This document shows, piece after piece, positions 9,201 through 24,200 of a stretch of DNA of 64,000 nt. This DNA is from Eledone cirrhosa (lineage: Eukaryota), in contig OZ024740.1 in the NCBI GenBank assembly GCA_964016885.1, forward strand, positions 403,992,001-404,056,000, in the 5' to 3' direction. A program made the position numbers and the translations under genes. Below the pieces are notes generated by a model. It saw only the letters and a list, made by a program, of their open reading frames with translations. It searched no databases and had not been told where the DNA came from. Within the stretch, counting starts at the first letter, position 1, and each line of letters opens with the position of its first letter.

Positions 9201-12200
9201 AGCTTTACCATCGACAACAACAACAGCACTAACAGCAGAGGCTTTACCATCAACAAAAACAACAGCACTAACAGCAGAAGCTTTACCATCACCAGCAACA
9301 ACAGCACTAACAGCAGAAGCTTTACCATCAACAACAACTGCACTAACAGCAGAAGCTTTACCATCATCAACAACAACAGCACTAACAGCAGAAGCTTTAC
9401 TATCAACAACAACAACAGCACTAACAGCAGAAGCTTCACCATCATCAACATCAACAGCACTAACAGCACAACTTTACCATCACCAACAACAACAGCACTA
9501 ACAGCAGAAGCTTTACCATCACCAACAACAACAGCACTAACAGCAGAAGCTTTACCATCACCAACAACAACAGCACTAACAGCAGAACTTTACCATCACC
9601 ACCAACAACAGCACTAACAGCAGAACTTTACCATCAACAACAACAACAGCACTAACAGCAGAAGCTTTACCATCAACAACAACAACAGCACCAACAGCAG
9701 AAGCTTTACCATCAACAACAACAACAGCACTAACAGCAGAAGCTTTACCATCAACAACAACAACAGCACTAACAGCAGAAACTTTACCATCACCAACAAC
9801 AACAGCACTAACAGCAGAACTTTACCATCACCAACAACAACAGCACTAACAGCAGAAGCTTTACCATCAACAACAATAACAGCACTAACAGCAGAAGCTT
9901 TACCATCAACAACAACAACAGCACTAACAGCAGAGGCTTTACCATCAACAACAACAACAGCACCAACAGCAGAAGCTTTACCATCAACAACAACAACAGC
10001 GCTAACAGCAGAACTTTACCATCAACAACAACAACAGCACTAACAGCAGAGGCTTTACCATCACCAACAACAACAGCACTAACAGCAGAAGATTTACCAT
10101 CAACAACAACAACAGCACTAACAGCAGAAGCTTTACCACCAACAACAACAACAGCACTAACAGCAGAAGCTTTACCATCAACAACAACAACAGCACTAAC
10201 AGCAGAAGCTTTACCATCAAAAACAACAGCACTAACAGCAGAGGCTTTACCATCACCAACAACAACAGCACTAACAGCAGAGGATTTGCCATCACCAACA
10301 ACAACAGCACTAACAGCAGAAGCTTTACCATCAACAACAACAACAGCACTAACAGCAGAAGCTTTACCACCAACAACAACAGCACTAACAGCAAAGGCTT
10401 TACCATCAACAACAACAACAGCACTAACAGCAGAGGCTTTGCCATCACCAACAACAACAGCACTAACAGCAGAAGCTTTACCATCAACAACAACAACAGC
10501 ACTAACAGCAGAAGATTTACCATCAATAACAACAACAGCACTAACAGCAGAGGCTTTACCATCAACAACAACAACAGCACTAACAGCAGAGGCTTTACCA
10601 TCAACAACAACAACAGCACTAACAGCAGAGGCTTTACCATCACCAACAACAACAGCACTAACAGCAGAGGCTTTGCCATCACCAACAACAACAGCACTAA
10701 CAGCAGAAGCTTTACCATCAACAACAACAACAGCACTAACAGCAGAGGCTTTGCCATCACCAACACAACAGCACTAACAGCAGAAGCTTTACCATCAACA
10801 ACAACAACAGCACTAACAGCAGAAGATTTACCACCAACAACAACAGCACTAACAGCAGAGGCTTTGCCATCACCAACAACAACAGCACTAACAGCAGAAG
10901 CTTTACCATCACCAACAACAACAGCACCAACAGCAGAAACTTTACCATCACCAACAACAACAGCACTAACAGCAGAAGCTTTACCATCACCAACAACAAC
11001 AGCACTAACAGCAGAAGCTTTACCATCACCAACAACAACAGCACTAACAGCAGAAGCTTTGCCATCACCAACAACAACAGCACTAACAGCAGAACTTTAC
11101 CATCAACAACAACAGCACTAACAGCAGAAGCTTTACCATCGACAACAACAACATCACTAACAGCAGAGGCTTTACCATCAACAAAAACAACAGCACTAAC
11201 AGCAGAGGCTTTACCATCAACAACAACAACAGCACCAACAGCAGAAGCTTTACCATCACCAGCAACAACAGCACTAACAGCAGAAGCTTTACCATCAACA
11301 ACAACTGCACTAACAGCAGAAGCTTTACCATCATCAACAACAACAGCACTAACAGCAGAAGCTTTACTATCAACAACAACAACAGCACTAACAGCAGAAG
11401 CTTCACCATCATCAACATCAACAGCACTAACAGCACAACTTTACCATCAACAACAACAACAGCACTAACAGCAGAAGCTTTACCATCAACAACAACAACA
11501 GCACTAACAGCAGAAACTTTACCATCACCAACAACAACAGCACTAACAGCAGAACTTTACCATCAACAACAACAGCACTAACAGCAGAAGCTTTACCATC
11601 GACAACAACAACATCACTAACAGCAGAGGCTTTACCATCAACAAAAACAACAGCACTAACAGCAGAGGCTTTACCATCAACAACAACAACAGCACCAACA
11701 GCAGAAGCTTTACCATCACCAGCAACAACAGCACTAACAGCAGAAGCTTTACCATCAACAACAACTGCACTAACAGCAGAAGCTTTACCATCATCAACAA
11801 CAACAGCACTAACAGCAGAAGCTTTACTATCAACAACAACAACAGCACTAACAGCAGAAGCTTCACCATCATCAACATCAACAGCACTAACAGCACAACT
11901 TTACCATCACCAACAACAACAGCACTAACAGCAGAAGCTTTACCATCACCAACAACAACAGCACTAACAGCAGAAGCTTTACCATCACCAACAACAACAG
12001 CACTAACAGCAGAACTTTACCATCACCACCAACAACAGCACTAACAGCAGAACTTTACCATCAACAACAACAACAGCACTAACAGCAGAAGCTTTACCAT
12101 CAACAACAACAACAGCACCAACAGCAGAAGCTTTACCATCAACAACAACAACAGCACTAACAGCAGAAGCTTTACCATCAACAACAACAACAGCACTAAC

Positions 12201-15200
12201 AGCAGAAACTTTACCATCACCAACAACAACAGCACTAACAGCAGAACTTTACCATCACCAACAACAACAGCACTAACAGCAGAAGCTTTACCATCAACAA
12301 CAATAACAGCACTAACAGCAGAAGCTTTACCATCAACAACAACAACAGCACTAACAGCAGAGGCTTTACCATCAACAACAACAACAGCACCAACAGCAGA
12401 AGCTTTACCATCAACAACAACAACAGCGCTAACAGCAGAACTTTACCATCAACAACAACAACAGCACTAACAGCAGAGGCTTTACCATCACCAACAACAA
12501 CAGCACTAACAGCAGAAGATTTACCATCAACAACAACAACAGCACTAACAGCAGAAGCTTTACCACCAACAACAACAACAGCACTAACAGCAGAAGCTTT
12601 ACCATCAACAACAACAACAGCACTAACAGCAGAAGCTTTACCATCAAAAACAACAGCACTAACAGCAGAGGCTTTACCATCACCAACAACAACAGCACTA
12701 ACAGCAGAGGATTTGCCATCACCAACAACAACAGCACTAACAGCAGAAGCTTTACCATCAACAACAACAACAGCACTAACAGCAGAAGCTTTACCACCAA
12801 CAACAACAGCACTAACAGCAAAGGCTTTACCATCAACAACAACAACAGCACTAACAGCAGAGGCTTTGCCATCACCAACAACAACAGCACTAACAGCAGA
12901 AGCTTTACCATCAACAACAACAACAGCACTAACAGCAGAAGATTTACCATCAATAACAACAACAGCACTAACAGCAGAGGCTTTACCATCAACAACAACA
13001 ACAGCACTAACAGCAGAGGCTTTACCATCAACAACAACAACAGCACTAACAGCAGAGGCTTTACCATCACCAACAACAACAGCACTAACAGCAGAGGCTT
13101 TGCCATCACCAACAACAACAGCACTAACAGCAGAAGCTTTACCATCAACAACAACAACAGCACTAACAGCAGAGGCTTTGCCATCACCAACACAACAGCA
13201 CTAACAGCAGAAGCTTTACCATCAACAACAACAACAGCACTAACAGCAGAAGATTTACCACCAACAACAACAGCACTAACAGCAGAGGCTTTGCCATCAC
13301 CAACAACAACAGCACTAACAGCAGAAGCTTTACCATCACCAACAACAACAGCACCAACAGCAGAAACTTTACCATCACCAACAACAACAGCACTAACAGC
13401 AGAAGCTTTACCATCACCAACAACAACAGCACTAACAGCAGAAGCTTTACCATCACCAACAACAACAGCACTAACAGCAGAAGCTTTGCCATCACCAACA
13501 ACAACAGCACTAACAGCAGAACTTTACCATCAACAACAACAGCACTAACAGCAGAAGCTTTACCATCGACAACAACAACATCACTAACAGCAGAGGCTTT
13601 ACCATCAACAAAAACAACAGCACTAACAGCAGAAGCTTTACCATCACCAGCAACAACAGCACTAACAGCAGAAGCTTTACCATCAACAACAACAGCACTA
13701 ACAGCAGAAGCTTTACCATCATCAACAACAACAGCACTAACAGCAGAAGCTTTACCATCAACAACAACAGCACTAACAGCAGAAGCTTTACCATCACCAA
13801 CAACAACAGCACTAACAGCAGAAGCTTTACCATCACCAACAACAACAGCACTAACAGCAGAAGCTTTACCATCACCAACAACATCAGCACTAAGAGCAGA
13901 AGCTTTACCATCAACAACAACAACAGCACTAACAGCAGAAGCTTAACCATCACCAGCAACAACAGCACTAACGGCAGAAGCTTTACCATCACCAACAACA
14001 ACAGCACTAACAGCAGAAGCTTTACCATCATCAACAACAACAGCACTAACAGCAGAAGCTTTACTATCAACAACAACAACAGCACTAACAGCAGAAGCTT
14101 CACCATCATCAACATCAACAGCACTAACAGCAGAACTTTACCATCACCAACAACAACAGCACTAACAGCAGAAGCTTTACCATCAACAACAACAGCACTA
14201 ACAGCAGAAGCTTTACCATCACCAACAACAACAGCACTAACAGCAGAAGCTTTACCATCACCAACAACAACAGCACTAACAGCAGAAGCTTTACCATCAC
14301 CAACAACAACAGCACTAACAGCAGAAGCTTTACCATCACCAACAACAACAGCACTAACAGCAGAACTTTACCATCAACAACAACAGCACTAACAGCAGAA
14401 GCTTTACCATCACCAACAACAACAGCACTAACAGCAGAAGCTTTACCATCACCAACAACAACAGCACGAACAGCAGAAGCTTTACCATCACCAACAACAA
14501 CAGCACTAACAGCAGAAGCTTTACCATCAACAACAACAGCACTAACAGCAGAAGCTTTACCATCACCAACAACAACAGCACTAACAGCAGAAGCTTTACC
14601 ATCAACAACATCAACAGCACTAACAGCAGAAGCTTTACCTTCACCTACAACAACAGCACTAACAGCAGAATCTTTACCATCAACAACAACAGCACTAACA
14701 GCAGAAGCTTTACCATCACCAACAACAACAGCACTAACAGCAGAAGCTTTACCATCAACAACAACAACAGCACTAACAGCAGAAGCTTTACCATCACCAA
14801 CAACAACAGCACTAACAGCAGAAGCTTTACCATCAACAACAACAACAACACTAACAGCAGAAGCTTTACCATCACCAACAACAACAGCACTAACAGCAGA
14901 AGCTTTACCATTAACAACAACAACAGCACTAACAGCAGAAGCTTTACCATCACCAACAACAACAGCACTAACAGCAGAAGCTTTGCCATCAACAACAACA
15001 GCACTAACAGCAGAAGCTTTACCATCAACAACAACAACAGCACTAACAGCAGAAGCTTTACCATCAACAACAACAACAGCACTAACAGCAGAGGCTTTAC
15101 CATCAACAACAACAACAGCACAAACAGCAAAGGCTTTGCCATCAACAACAACAACAGCACTAACAGCAGAAGCTTTACCATCAACAACAACAACAGCACT

Positions 15201-18200
15201 AACAGCAGAAGCTTTACCATCACCAACAACAACAGCACTAACAGCAGAAGCTTTACCATCAACAACAACAGCACTAACAGCAGAAGCTTTACCATCACCA
15301 ACAACAACAGCACTAACAGCAGAAGCTTTACCATCAACAACAACAACAGCACTAACAGCAGAAGCTTTACCGTCACCAACAACAACAGCACTAACAGCAG
15401 AACTTTACCATCACCAACAACAACAACTCTAACAGCAGATGCTTTACCATCAACAACAACAACAGCGCTAACAGCAGAACTTTACCATCAACAACAACAA
15501 TAGCACTAACAGCAGAAGCTTAACCATCACCAACAACAACAGCACTAACGGCAGAAGCTTTACCATCACCAACAACAACAGCACTAACAGCAGAAGCTTT
15601 ACCATCATCAACAACAACAGCACTAACAGCAGAAGCTTTACTATCAACAACAACAACAGCACTAACAGCAGAAGCTTCACCATCATCAACATCAACAGCA
15701 CTAACAGCAGAACTTTACCATCACCAACAACAACAGCACTAACAGCAGAAGCTTTACCATCAACAACAACAACAACAGCACTAACAGCAGAAGCTTTACC
15801 ATCACCAACAACAACAGCACTAACAGCAGAAGCTTTACCATCACCAACAACAACAGCACTAACAGCAGAAGCTTTACCATCACCAACAACGACAGCACTA
15901 ACAGCAGAAGCTTTACCATCACCAACAACAACAGCACTAACAGCAGAACTTTACCATCAACAACAACAACAGCACTAACAGCAGAAGCTTTACCATCACC
16001 AACAACAACAGCACTAACAGCAGAAGCTTTACCATCACCAACAACAACAGCACGAACAGCAGAAGCTTTACCATCACCAACAACAACAGCACTAACAGCA
16101 GAAGCTTTACCATCAACAACAACAGCACTAACAGCAGAAGCTTTACCATCACCAACAACAACAGCACTAACAACAGAAGCTTTACCATCAACAACATCAA
16201 CAGCACTAACAGCAGAAGCTTTACCATCACCAACAACAACAGCACTAACAGAAGAATCTTTACCATCAACAACAACAGCACTAACAGCAGAAGCTTTACC
16301 AACACCAACAACAACAGCACTAACAGCAGAAGCTTTACCATCAACAACAACAACAGCACTAACAGCAGAAGCTTTACCATCACCAACAACAACAGCACTA
16401 ACAGCAGAACTTTACCATCACCAACAACAACAGCACTAACAGCAGAGGCTTTACCATCAACAACAAGAACAGCGCTAACAGCAGAAGCTTTACCATCAAC
16501 AAAAACAACAGCACTAACAGCAGAAGCTTTACCATCACCAACAATAACAGCACTAACAGCAGAAGCTTTACCATCACCAACAACAACAGCACTAACAGCA
16601 GAAGCTTTACCATCAACAAAAACAACAGCACTAACAGCAGAAGCTTCACCATCAACAACAACAACAGCACTAACAGCAGAAGCTTTACCATCACCAACAA
16701 CAACAGCACTAACAGCAGAAGCTTTACTATCAACAACAACAACAGCACTAACAGCAGAAACTTTACCATCAACAACAACAACAGCACTAACAGCAGAAGC
16801 TTTACCATCACCAACAACAACAGCACTAACAGCAGAGGCTTTACCATCACCAACAACAACAGCACTAACAGCAGAAGCTTTACCATCACCAACAACAACA
16901 GCACTAACAGCAGAAGCTTTACCATCAACAACAACAACAGCACTAACAGCAGAGGCTTTACCATCAACAACAACAACAGCACTAACAGCAGAAGCTTTAC
17001 CATCAACAACAACAACAGCACTAACAGCAGAAGCTTTACCATCAACAACAACAACAGCACTAACAGCAGAGGCTTTACCATCACCAACAACAACAGCACT
17101 AACAGCAGAAGCTTTACCACCAACAACAACAGCACTAACAGCAGCAGCACTACCATCAACAACAGCAACAGCACTAACAGCAGAAGCTTTACCATCACCA
17201 ACAACAACAGCACTAACAGCAGAAGCTTTACCATCAACAACAACAACAGCACTAGCAGCAGAAGCTTTACCATCAACAACAGCAACAACAGCACTAACAG
17301 CAGAACTTTACCGTCAACAACAACAGCACTAACAGCAGAAGCTTTACCATCACCAACAACAACAGCACTAACAGCAGAAGCTTTACCATCAACAACAACA
17401 ACAGCACTAACAGCAGAGGCTTTACCATCAACAACAACAACAGCACTAACAACAGAAGCTTTACCATCAACAACAACAACAGCACTAACAGCAGAGGCTT
17501 TACCATCAACAACAACAACAGCACTAACAGCAGAAGCTTTACCATCAACAACAACAACAGCACTAACAGCAGAGGCTTTACCATCAACAACAACAACAGC
17601 ACTAACAGCTGAACTTTACCATCAACATCAATAGCACTAACAGCAGAAGCTTTACCATCAACAACAACAACAGCACTAACAGCAGAGGCTTTACCATCAA
17701 CAACAACAACAGCACTAACAGCAGAGGCTTTACCATCACCAACAACAGCACTAACAGCAGAAGCTTTACCATTAACAACAACAGCACTAACAGCAGAAGC
17801 TTTACCATCACCAACAACAACAGCACTAACAGCAGAAGCTTTACCATCAACAACAACAACAGCACTAACAGCAGAAGCTTTACCATCAACAACAACAACA
17901 GCACTAACAGCAGAAGCTTTACCATCACCAACAACAACAGCACTAACAGCAGAAGCTTTACCATCAACAACAACAACAGCACTAACAGCAGAAGCTTTAC
18001 CATCACCAACAACAACAGCACTAACAGCAGAAGCTTTACCATCAACAACAACAACAGCACTAACAGCAGAAGCTTTACCATCACCAACAACAACAGCACT
18101 AACAGCAGAAGCTTTACCATCAACAACAACAACAGCACTAACAGCAGAAGCTTTACCATCAACAACAACAACAGCACTAACAGCAGAAGCTTTACCATCA

Positions 18201-21200
18201 CCAACAACAACAGCACTAACAGCAGAAGCTTTACCATCAACAATAACAACAGCACTAACAGCAGAAGCTTTACCATCAACAACAACAACAGCACTAACAG
18301 CAGAAGCTTTACCATCACCAACAACAACAGCACTAACAGCAGAGGCTTTACCATCACCAACAACAACAGCACTAACAGCAGAAGCTTTACCACCAACAAC
18401 AACAGCACTAACAGCAGCAGCACTACCATCAACAACAGCAACATCACTAACAGCAGAAGCTTTACCATCACCAACAACAACAGCACTAGCAGCAGAAGCT
18501 TTACCACCAACAACAACAACAGCACTAACAGCAGCAGCACTACCATCAACAACAGCAACATCACTAACAGCAGAAGCTTTACAATCACCAACAACAACAG
18601 CACTAACAGCAGAAGCTTTACCACCAACAACAACAACAGCACTAACAACAGAAGCTTTACCATCAACAACAACAACAGCACTAACAGCAGAAGCTTTACC
18701 ATCAACAACAACAACAGCACTAACAGCAGAAGCTTTACCATCAACAACAACAACAGCACTAGCAGCAGAAGCTTTACCACCAACAACAACAACAGCACTA
18801 ACAACAGAAGCTTTACCATCAACAACAACAACAGCACTAACAGCAGAACTTTACCGTCAACAACAACAGCACTAACAGCAGAAGCTTTACCATCAACAAC
18901 AGCAACATCACTAACAGCAGAAGCTTTACCATCACCAACAACAACAGCACTAACAGCAGAAGCTTTACCATCAACAACAACAACAGCACTAACAGCAGAG
19001 GCTTTACCATCAACAACAACAACAGCACTAACAACAGAAGCTTTACCATCAACAACAACAACAGCACTAACAGCAGAAGCTTTACCATCAACAACAACAA
19101 CAGCACTAACAGCAGAGGCTTTACCATCAACAACAACAACAGCACTAACAGCAGAACTTTACCATCAACAACAATAGCACTAACTGCAGGAGCTTTACCA
19201 TTAACAACAACAACAGCACTAACAGCAGAGGCTTTACCATCAACAACAACAACAGCACTAACAGCAGAAGCTTTACCATCAACAACAACAACAGCACTAA
19301 CAGCAGAGGCTTTACCATCACCAACAACAACAGCACTAACAGCAGAAGCTTTACCACAAACAACAACAGCACTAACAGCAGCAGCACTACCATCAACAAC
19401 AGCAACAGCACTAACAGCAGAAGCTTTACCATCAACAACAACAGCACTAACAGCAGAAGCTTTACCATCATCAACAACAACAGCACTAACAGCAGAAGCT
19501 TTACCATCACCAACAACAACAGCACCAACAGCAGAAGCTTTACCATCAACAACAACAACAGCACTAACAGCAGAAGCTTTTCCATCACCAACAACAAGAG
19601 CACCAACAGCAGAAGCTTTACCATCAACAACAACAACAGCACTAACAGCAGAAGCTTTACCATCACCAACAACAACAGCACTAACAGCAGAGGCTTTACC
19701 ATCAACGACAACAACAGCACTAACAGCAGAAGCTTTACCATCACCAACAACAACAGCTCTAACAGCAGAGGCTTTACCATCAACAACAACAACAGCACTA
19801 ACAGCAGAAGCTTTACCATCACCAACAACAACAGCACTAACAGCAGAAGCTTTACCATCAACAACAACAGCACTAACAGCAGAAGCTTTACCATCAACAA
19901 CAACTGCACTAACAGCAGAGGCTTTACCATCACCAACAACAACAGCACTAACAGCAGAAACTTTACCATCACCAACAACAACAGCACTAACAGCAGAAGC
20001 TTTACCATCAACAACAACAACAGCACTAACAGCAGAAGCTTTACTATCAGCAACAACAACAGCACTAACAGCAGAAACTTTACCATCAACAACAACAACA
20101 GCACTAACAGCAGAAGCTTTACCATCACCAACAACAGCAGCACTAACAGCAGAGGCTTTACCATCACCAACAACAACAGCACTAACAGCAGAAGCTTTAC
20201 CATCACCAACAACAACAGCACTAACAGCAGAAGCTTTACCATCAACAACAACAGCATTAACAGCAGAGGCTTTACCATCAACAACAACAACAGCACTAAC
20301 AGCAGAAGCTTTACCATCACCAACAACAACAGCACGAACAGCAGAAGCTTTACCATCACCAACAACAACAGCACTAACAGCAGAAGCTTTACCATCAACA
20401 ACAACAGCACTAACAGCAGAAGCTTTACCATCACCAACAACAACAGCACTAACAACAGAAGCTTTACCATCAACAACATCAACAGCACTAACAGCAGAAG
20501 CTTTACCATCACCAACAACAACAGCACTAACAGAAGAATCTTTACCATCAACAACAACAGCACTAACAGCAGAAGCTTTACCAACACCAACAACAACAGC
20601 ACTAACAGCAGAAGCTTTACCATCAACAACAACAACAGCACTAACAGCAGAAGCTTTACCATCACCAACAACAACAGCACTAACAGCAGAACTTTACCAT
20701 CACCAACAACAACAGCACTAACAGCAGAGGCTTTACCATCAACAACAAGAACAGCGCTAACAGCAGAAGCTTTACCATCAACAAAAACAACAGCACTAAC
20801 AGCAGAAGCTTTACCATCACCAACAATAACAGCACTAACAGCAGAAGCTTTACCATCACCAACAACAACAGCACTAACAGCAGAAGCTTTACCATCAACA
20901 AAAACAACAGCACTAACAGCAGAAGCTTCACCATCAACAACAACAACAGCACTAACAGCAGAAGCTTTACCATCACCAACAACAACAGCACTAACAGCAG
21001 AAGCTTTACTATCAACAACAACAACAGCACTAACAGCAGAAACTTTACCATCAACAACAACAACAGCACTAACAGCAGAAGCTTTACCATCACCAACAAC
21101 AACAGCACTAACAGCAGAGGCTTTACCATCACCAACAACAACAGCACTAACAGCAGAAGCTTTACCATCACCAACAACAACAGCACTAACAGCAGAAGCT

Positions 21201-24200
21201 TTACCATCAACAACAACAACAGCACTAACAGCAGAGGCTTTACCATCAACAACAACAACAGCACTAACAGCAGAAGCTTTACCATCAACAACAACAACAG
21301 CACTAACAGCAGAAGCTTTACCATCAACAACAACAACAGCACTAACAGCAGAGGCTTTACCATCACCAACAACAACAGCACTAACAGCAGAAGCTTTACC
21401 ACCAACAACAACAGCACTAACAGCAGCAGCACTACCATCAACAACAGCAACAGCACTAACAGCAGAAGCTTTACCATCACCAACAACAACAGCACTAACA
21501 GCAGAAGCTTTACCATCAACAACAACAACAGCACTAGCAGCAGAAGCTTTACCATCAACAACAGCAACAACAGCACTAACAGCAGAACTTTACCGTCAAC
21601 AACAACAGCACTAACAGCAGAAGCTTTACCATCACCAACAACAACAGCACTAACAGCAGAAGCTTTACCATCAACAACAACAACAGCACTAACAGCAGAG
21701 GCTTTACCATCAACAACAACAACAGCACTAACAACAGAAGCTTTACCATCAACAACAACAACAGCACTAACAGCAGAGGCTTTACCATCAACAACAACAA
21801 CAGCACTAACAGCAGAAGCTTTACCATCAACAACAACAACAGCACTAACAGCAGAGGCTTTACCATCAACAACAACAACAGCACTAACAGCTGAACTTTA
21901 CCATCAACATCAATAGCACTAACAGCAGAAGCTTTACCATCAACAACAACAACAGCACTAACAGCAGAGGCTTTACCATCAACAACAACAACAGCACTAA
22001 CAGCAGAGGCTTTACCATCACCAACAACAGCACTAACAGCAGAAGCTTTACCATCAACAACAACAGCACTAACAGCAGAAGCTTTACCATCACCAACAAC
22101 AACAGCACTAACAGCAGAAGCTTTACCATCAACAACAACAACAGCACTAACAGCAGAAGCTTTACCATCAACAACAACAACAGCACTAACAGCAGAAGCT
22201 TTACCATCACCAACAACAACAGCACTAACAGCAGAAGCTTTACCATCAACAACAACAACAGCACTAACAGCAGAAGCTTTACCATCACCAACAACAACAG
22301 CACTAACAGCAGAAGCTTTACCATCAACAACAACAACAGCACTAACAGCAGAAGCTTTACCATCACCAACAACAACAGCACTAACAGCAGAAGCTTTACC
22401 ATCAACAACAACAACAGCACTAACAGCAGAAGCTTTACCATCAACAACAACAACAGCACTAACAGCAGAAGCTTTACCATCACCAACAACAACAGCACTA
22501 ACAGCAGAAGCTTTACCATCAACAATAACAACAGCACTAACAGCAGAAGCTTTACCATCAACAACAACAACAGCACTAACAGCAGAAGCTTTACCATCAC
22601 CAACAACAACAGCACTAACAGCAGAGGCTTTACCATCACCAACAACAACAGCACTAACAGCAGAAGCTTTACCACCAACAACAACAGCACTAACAGCAGC
22701 AGCACTACCATCAACAACAGCAACATCACTAACAGCAGAAGCTTTACCATCACCAACAACAACAGCACTAGCAGCAGAAGCTTTACCACCAACAACAACA
22801 ACAGCACTAACAGCAGCAGCACTACCATCAACAACAGCAACATCACTAACAGCAGAAGCTTTACAATCACCAACAACAACAGCACTAACAGCAGAAGCTT
22901 TACCACCAACAACAACAACAGCACTAACAACAGAAGCTTTACCATCAACAACAACAACAGCACTAACAGCAGAAGCTTTACCATCAACAACAACAACAGC
23001 ACTAACAGCAGAAGCTTTACCATCAACAACAACAACAGCACTAGCAGCAGAAGCTTTACCACCAACAACAACAACAGCACTAACAACAGAAGCTTTACCA
23101 TCAACAACAACAACAGCACTAACAGCAGAACTTTACCGTCAACAACAACAGCACTAACAGCAGAAGCTTTACCATCAACAACAGCAACATCACTAACAGC
23201 AGAAGCTTTACCATCACCAACAACAACAGCACTAACAGCAGAAGCTTTACCATCAACAACAACAACAGCACTAACAGCAGAGGCTTTACCATCAACAACA
23301 ACAACAGCACTAACAACAGAAGCTTTACCATCAACAACAACAACAGCACTAACAGCAGAAGCTTTACCATCAACAACAACAACAGCACTAACAGCAGAGG
23401 CTTTACCATCAACAACAACAACAGCACTAACAGCAGAACTTTACCATCAACAACAATAGCACTAACTGCAGGAGCTTTACCATTAACAACAACAACAGCA
23501 CTAACAGCAGAGGCTTTACCATCAACAACAACAACAGCACTAACAGCAGAAGCTTTACCATCAACAACAACAACAGCACTAACAGCAGAGGCTTTACCAT
23601 CACCAACAACAACAGCACTAACAGCAGAAGCTTTACCACAAACAACAACAGCACTAACAGCAGCAGCACTACCATCAACAACAGCAACAGCACTAACAGC
23701 AGAAGCTTTACCATCAACAACAACAGCACTAACAGCAGAAGCTTTACCATCATCAACAACAACAGCACTAACAGCAGAAGCTTTACCATCACCAACAACA
23801 ACAGCACCAACAGCAGAAGCTTTACCATCAACAACAACAACAGCACTAACAGCAGAAGCTTTTCCATCACCAACAACAAGAGCACCAACAGCAGAAGCTT
23901 TACCATCAACAACAACAACAGCACTAACAGCAGAAGCTTTACCATCACCAACAACAACAGCACTAACAGCAGAGGCTTTACCATCAACGACAACAACAGC
24001 ACTAACAGCAGAAGCTTTACCATCACCAACAACAACAGCTCTAACAGCAGAGGCTTTACCATCAACAACAACAACAGCACTAACAGCAGAAGCTTTACCA
24101 TCACCAACAACAACAGCACTAACAGCAGAAGCTTTACCATCAACAACAACAGCACTAACAGCAGAAGCTTTACCATCAACAACAACTGCACTAACAGCAG

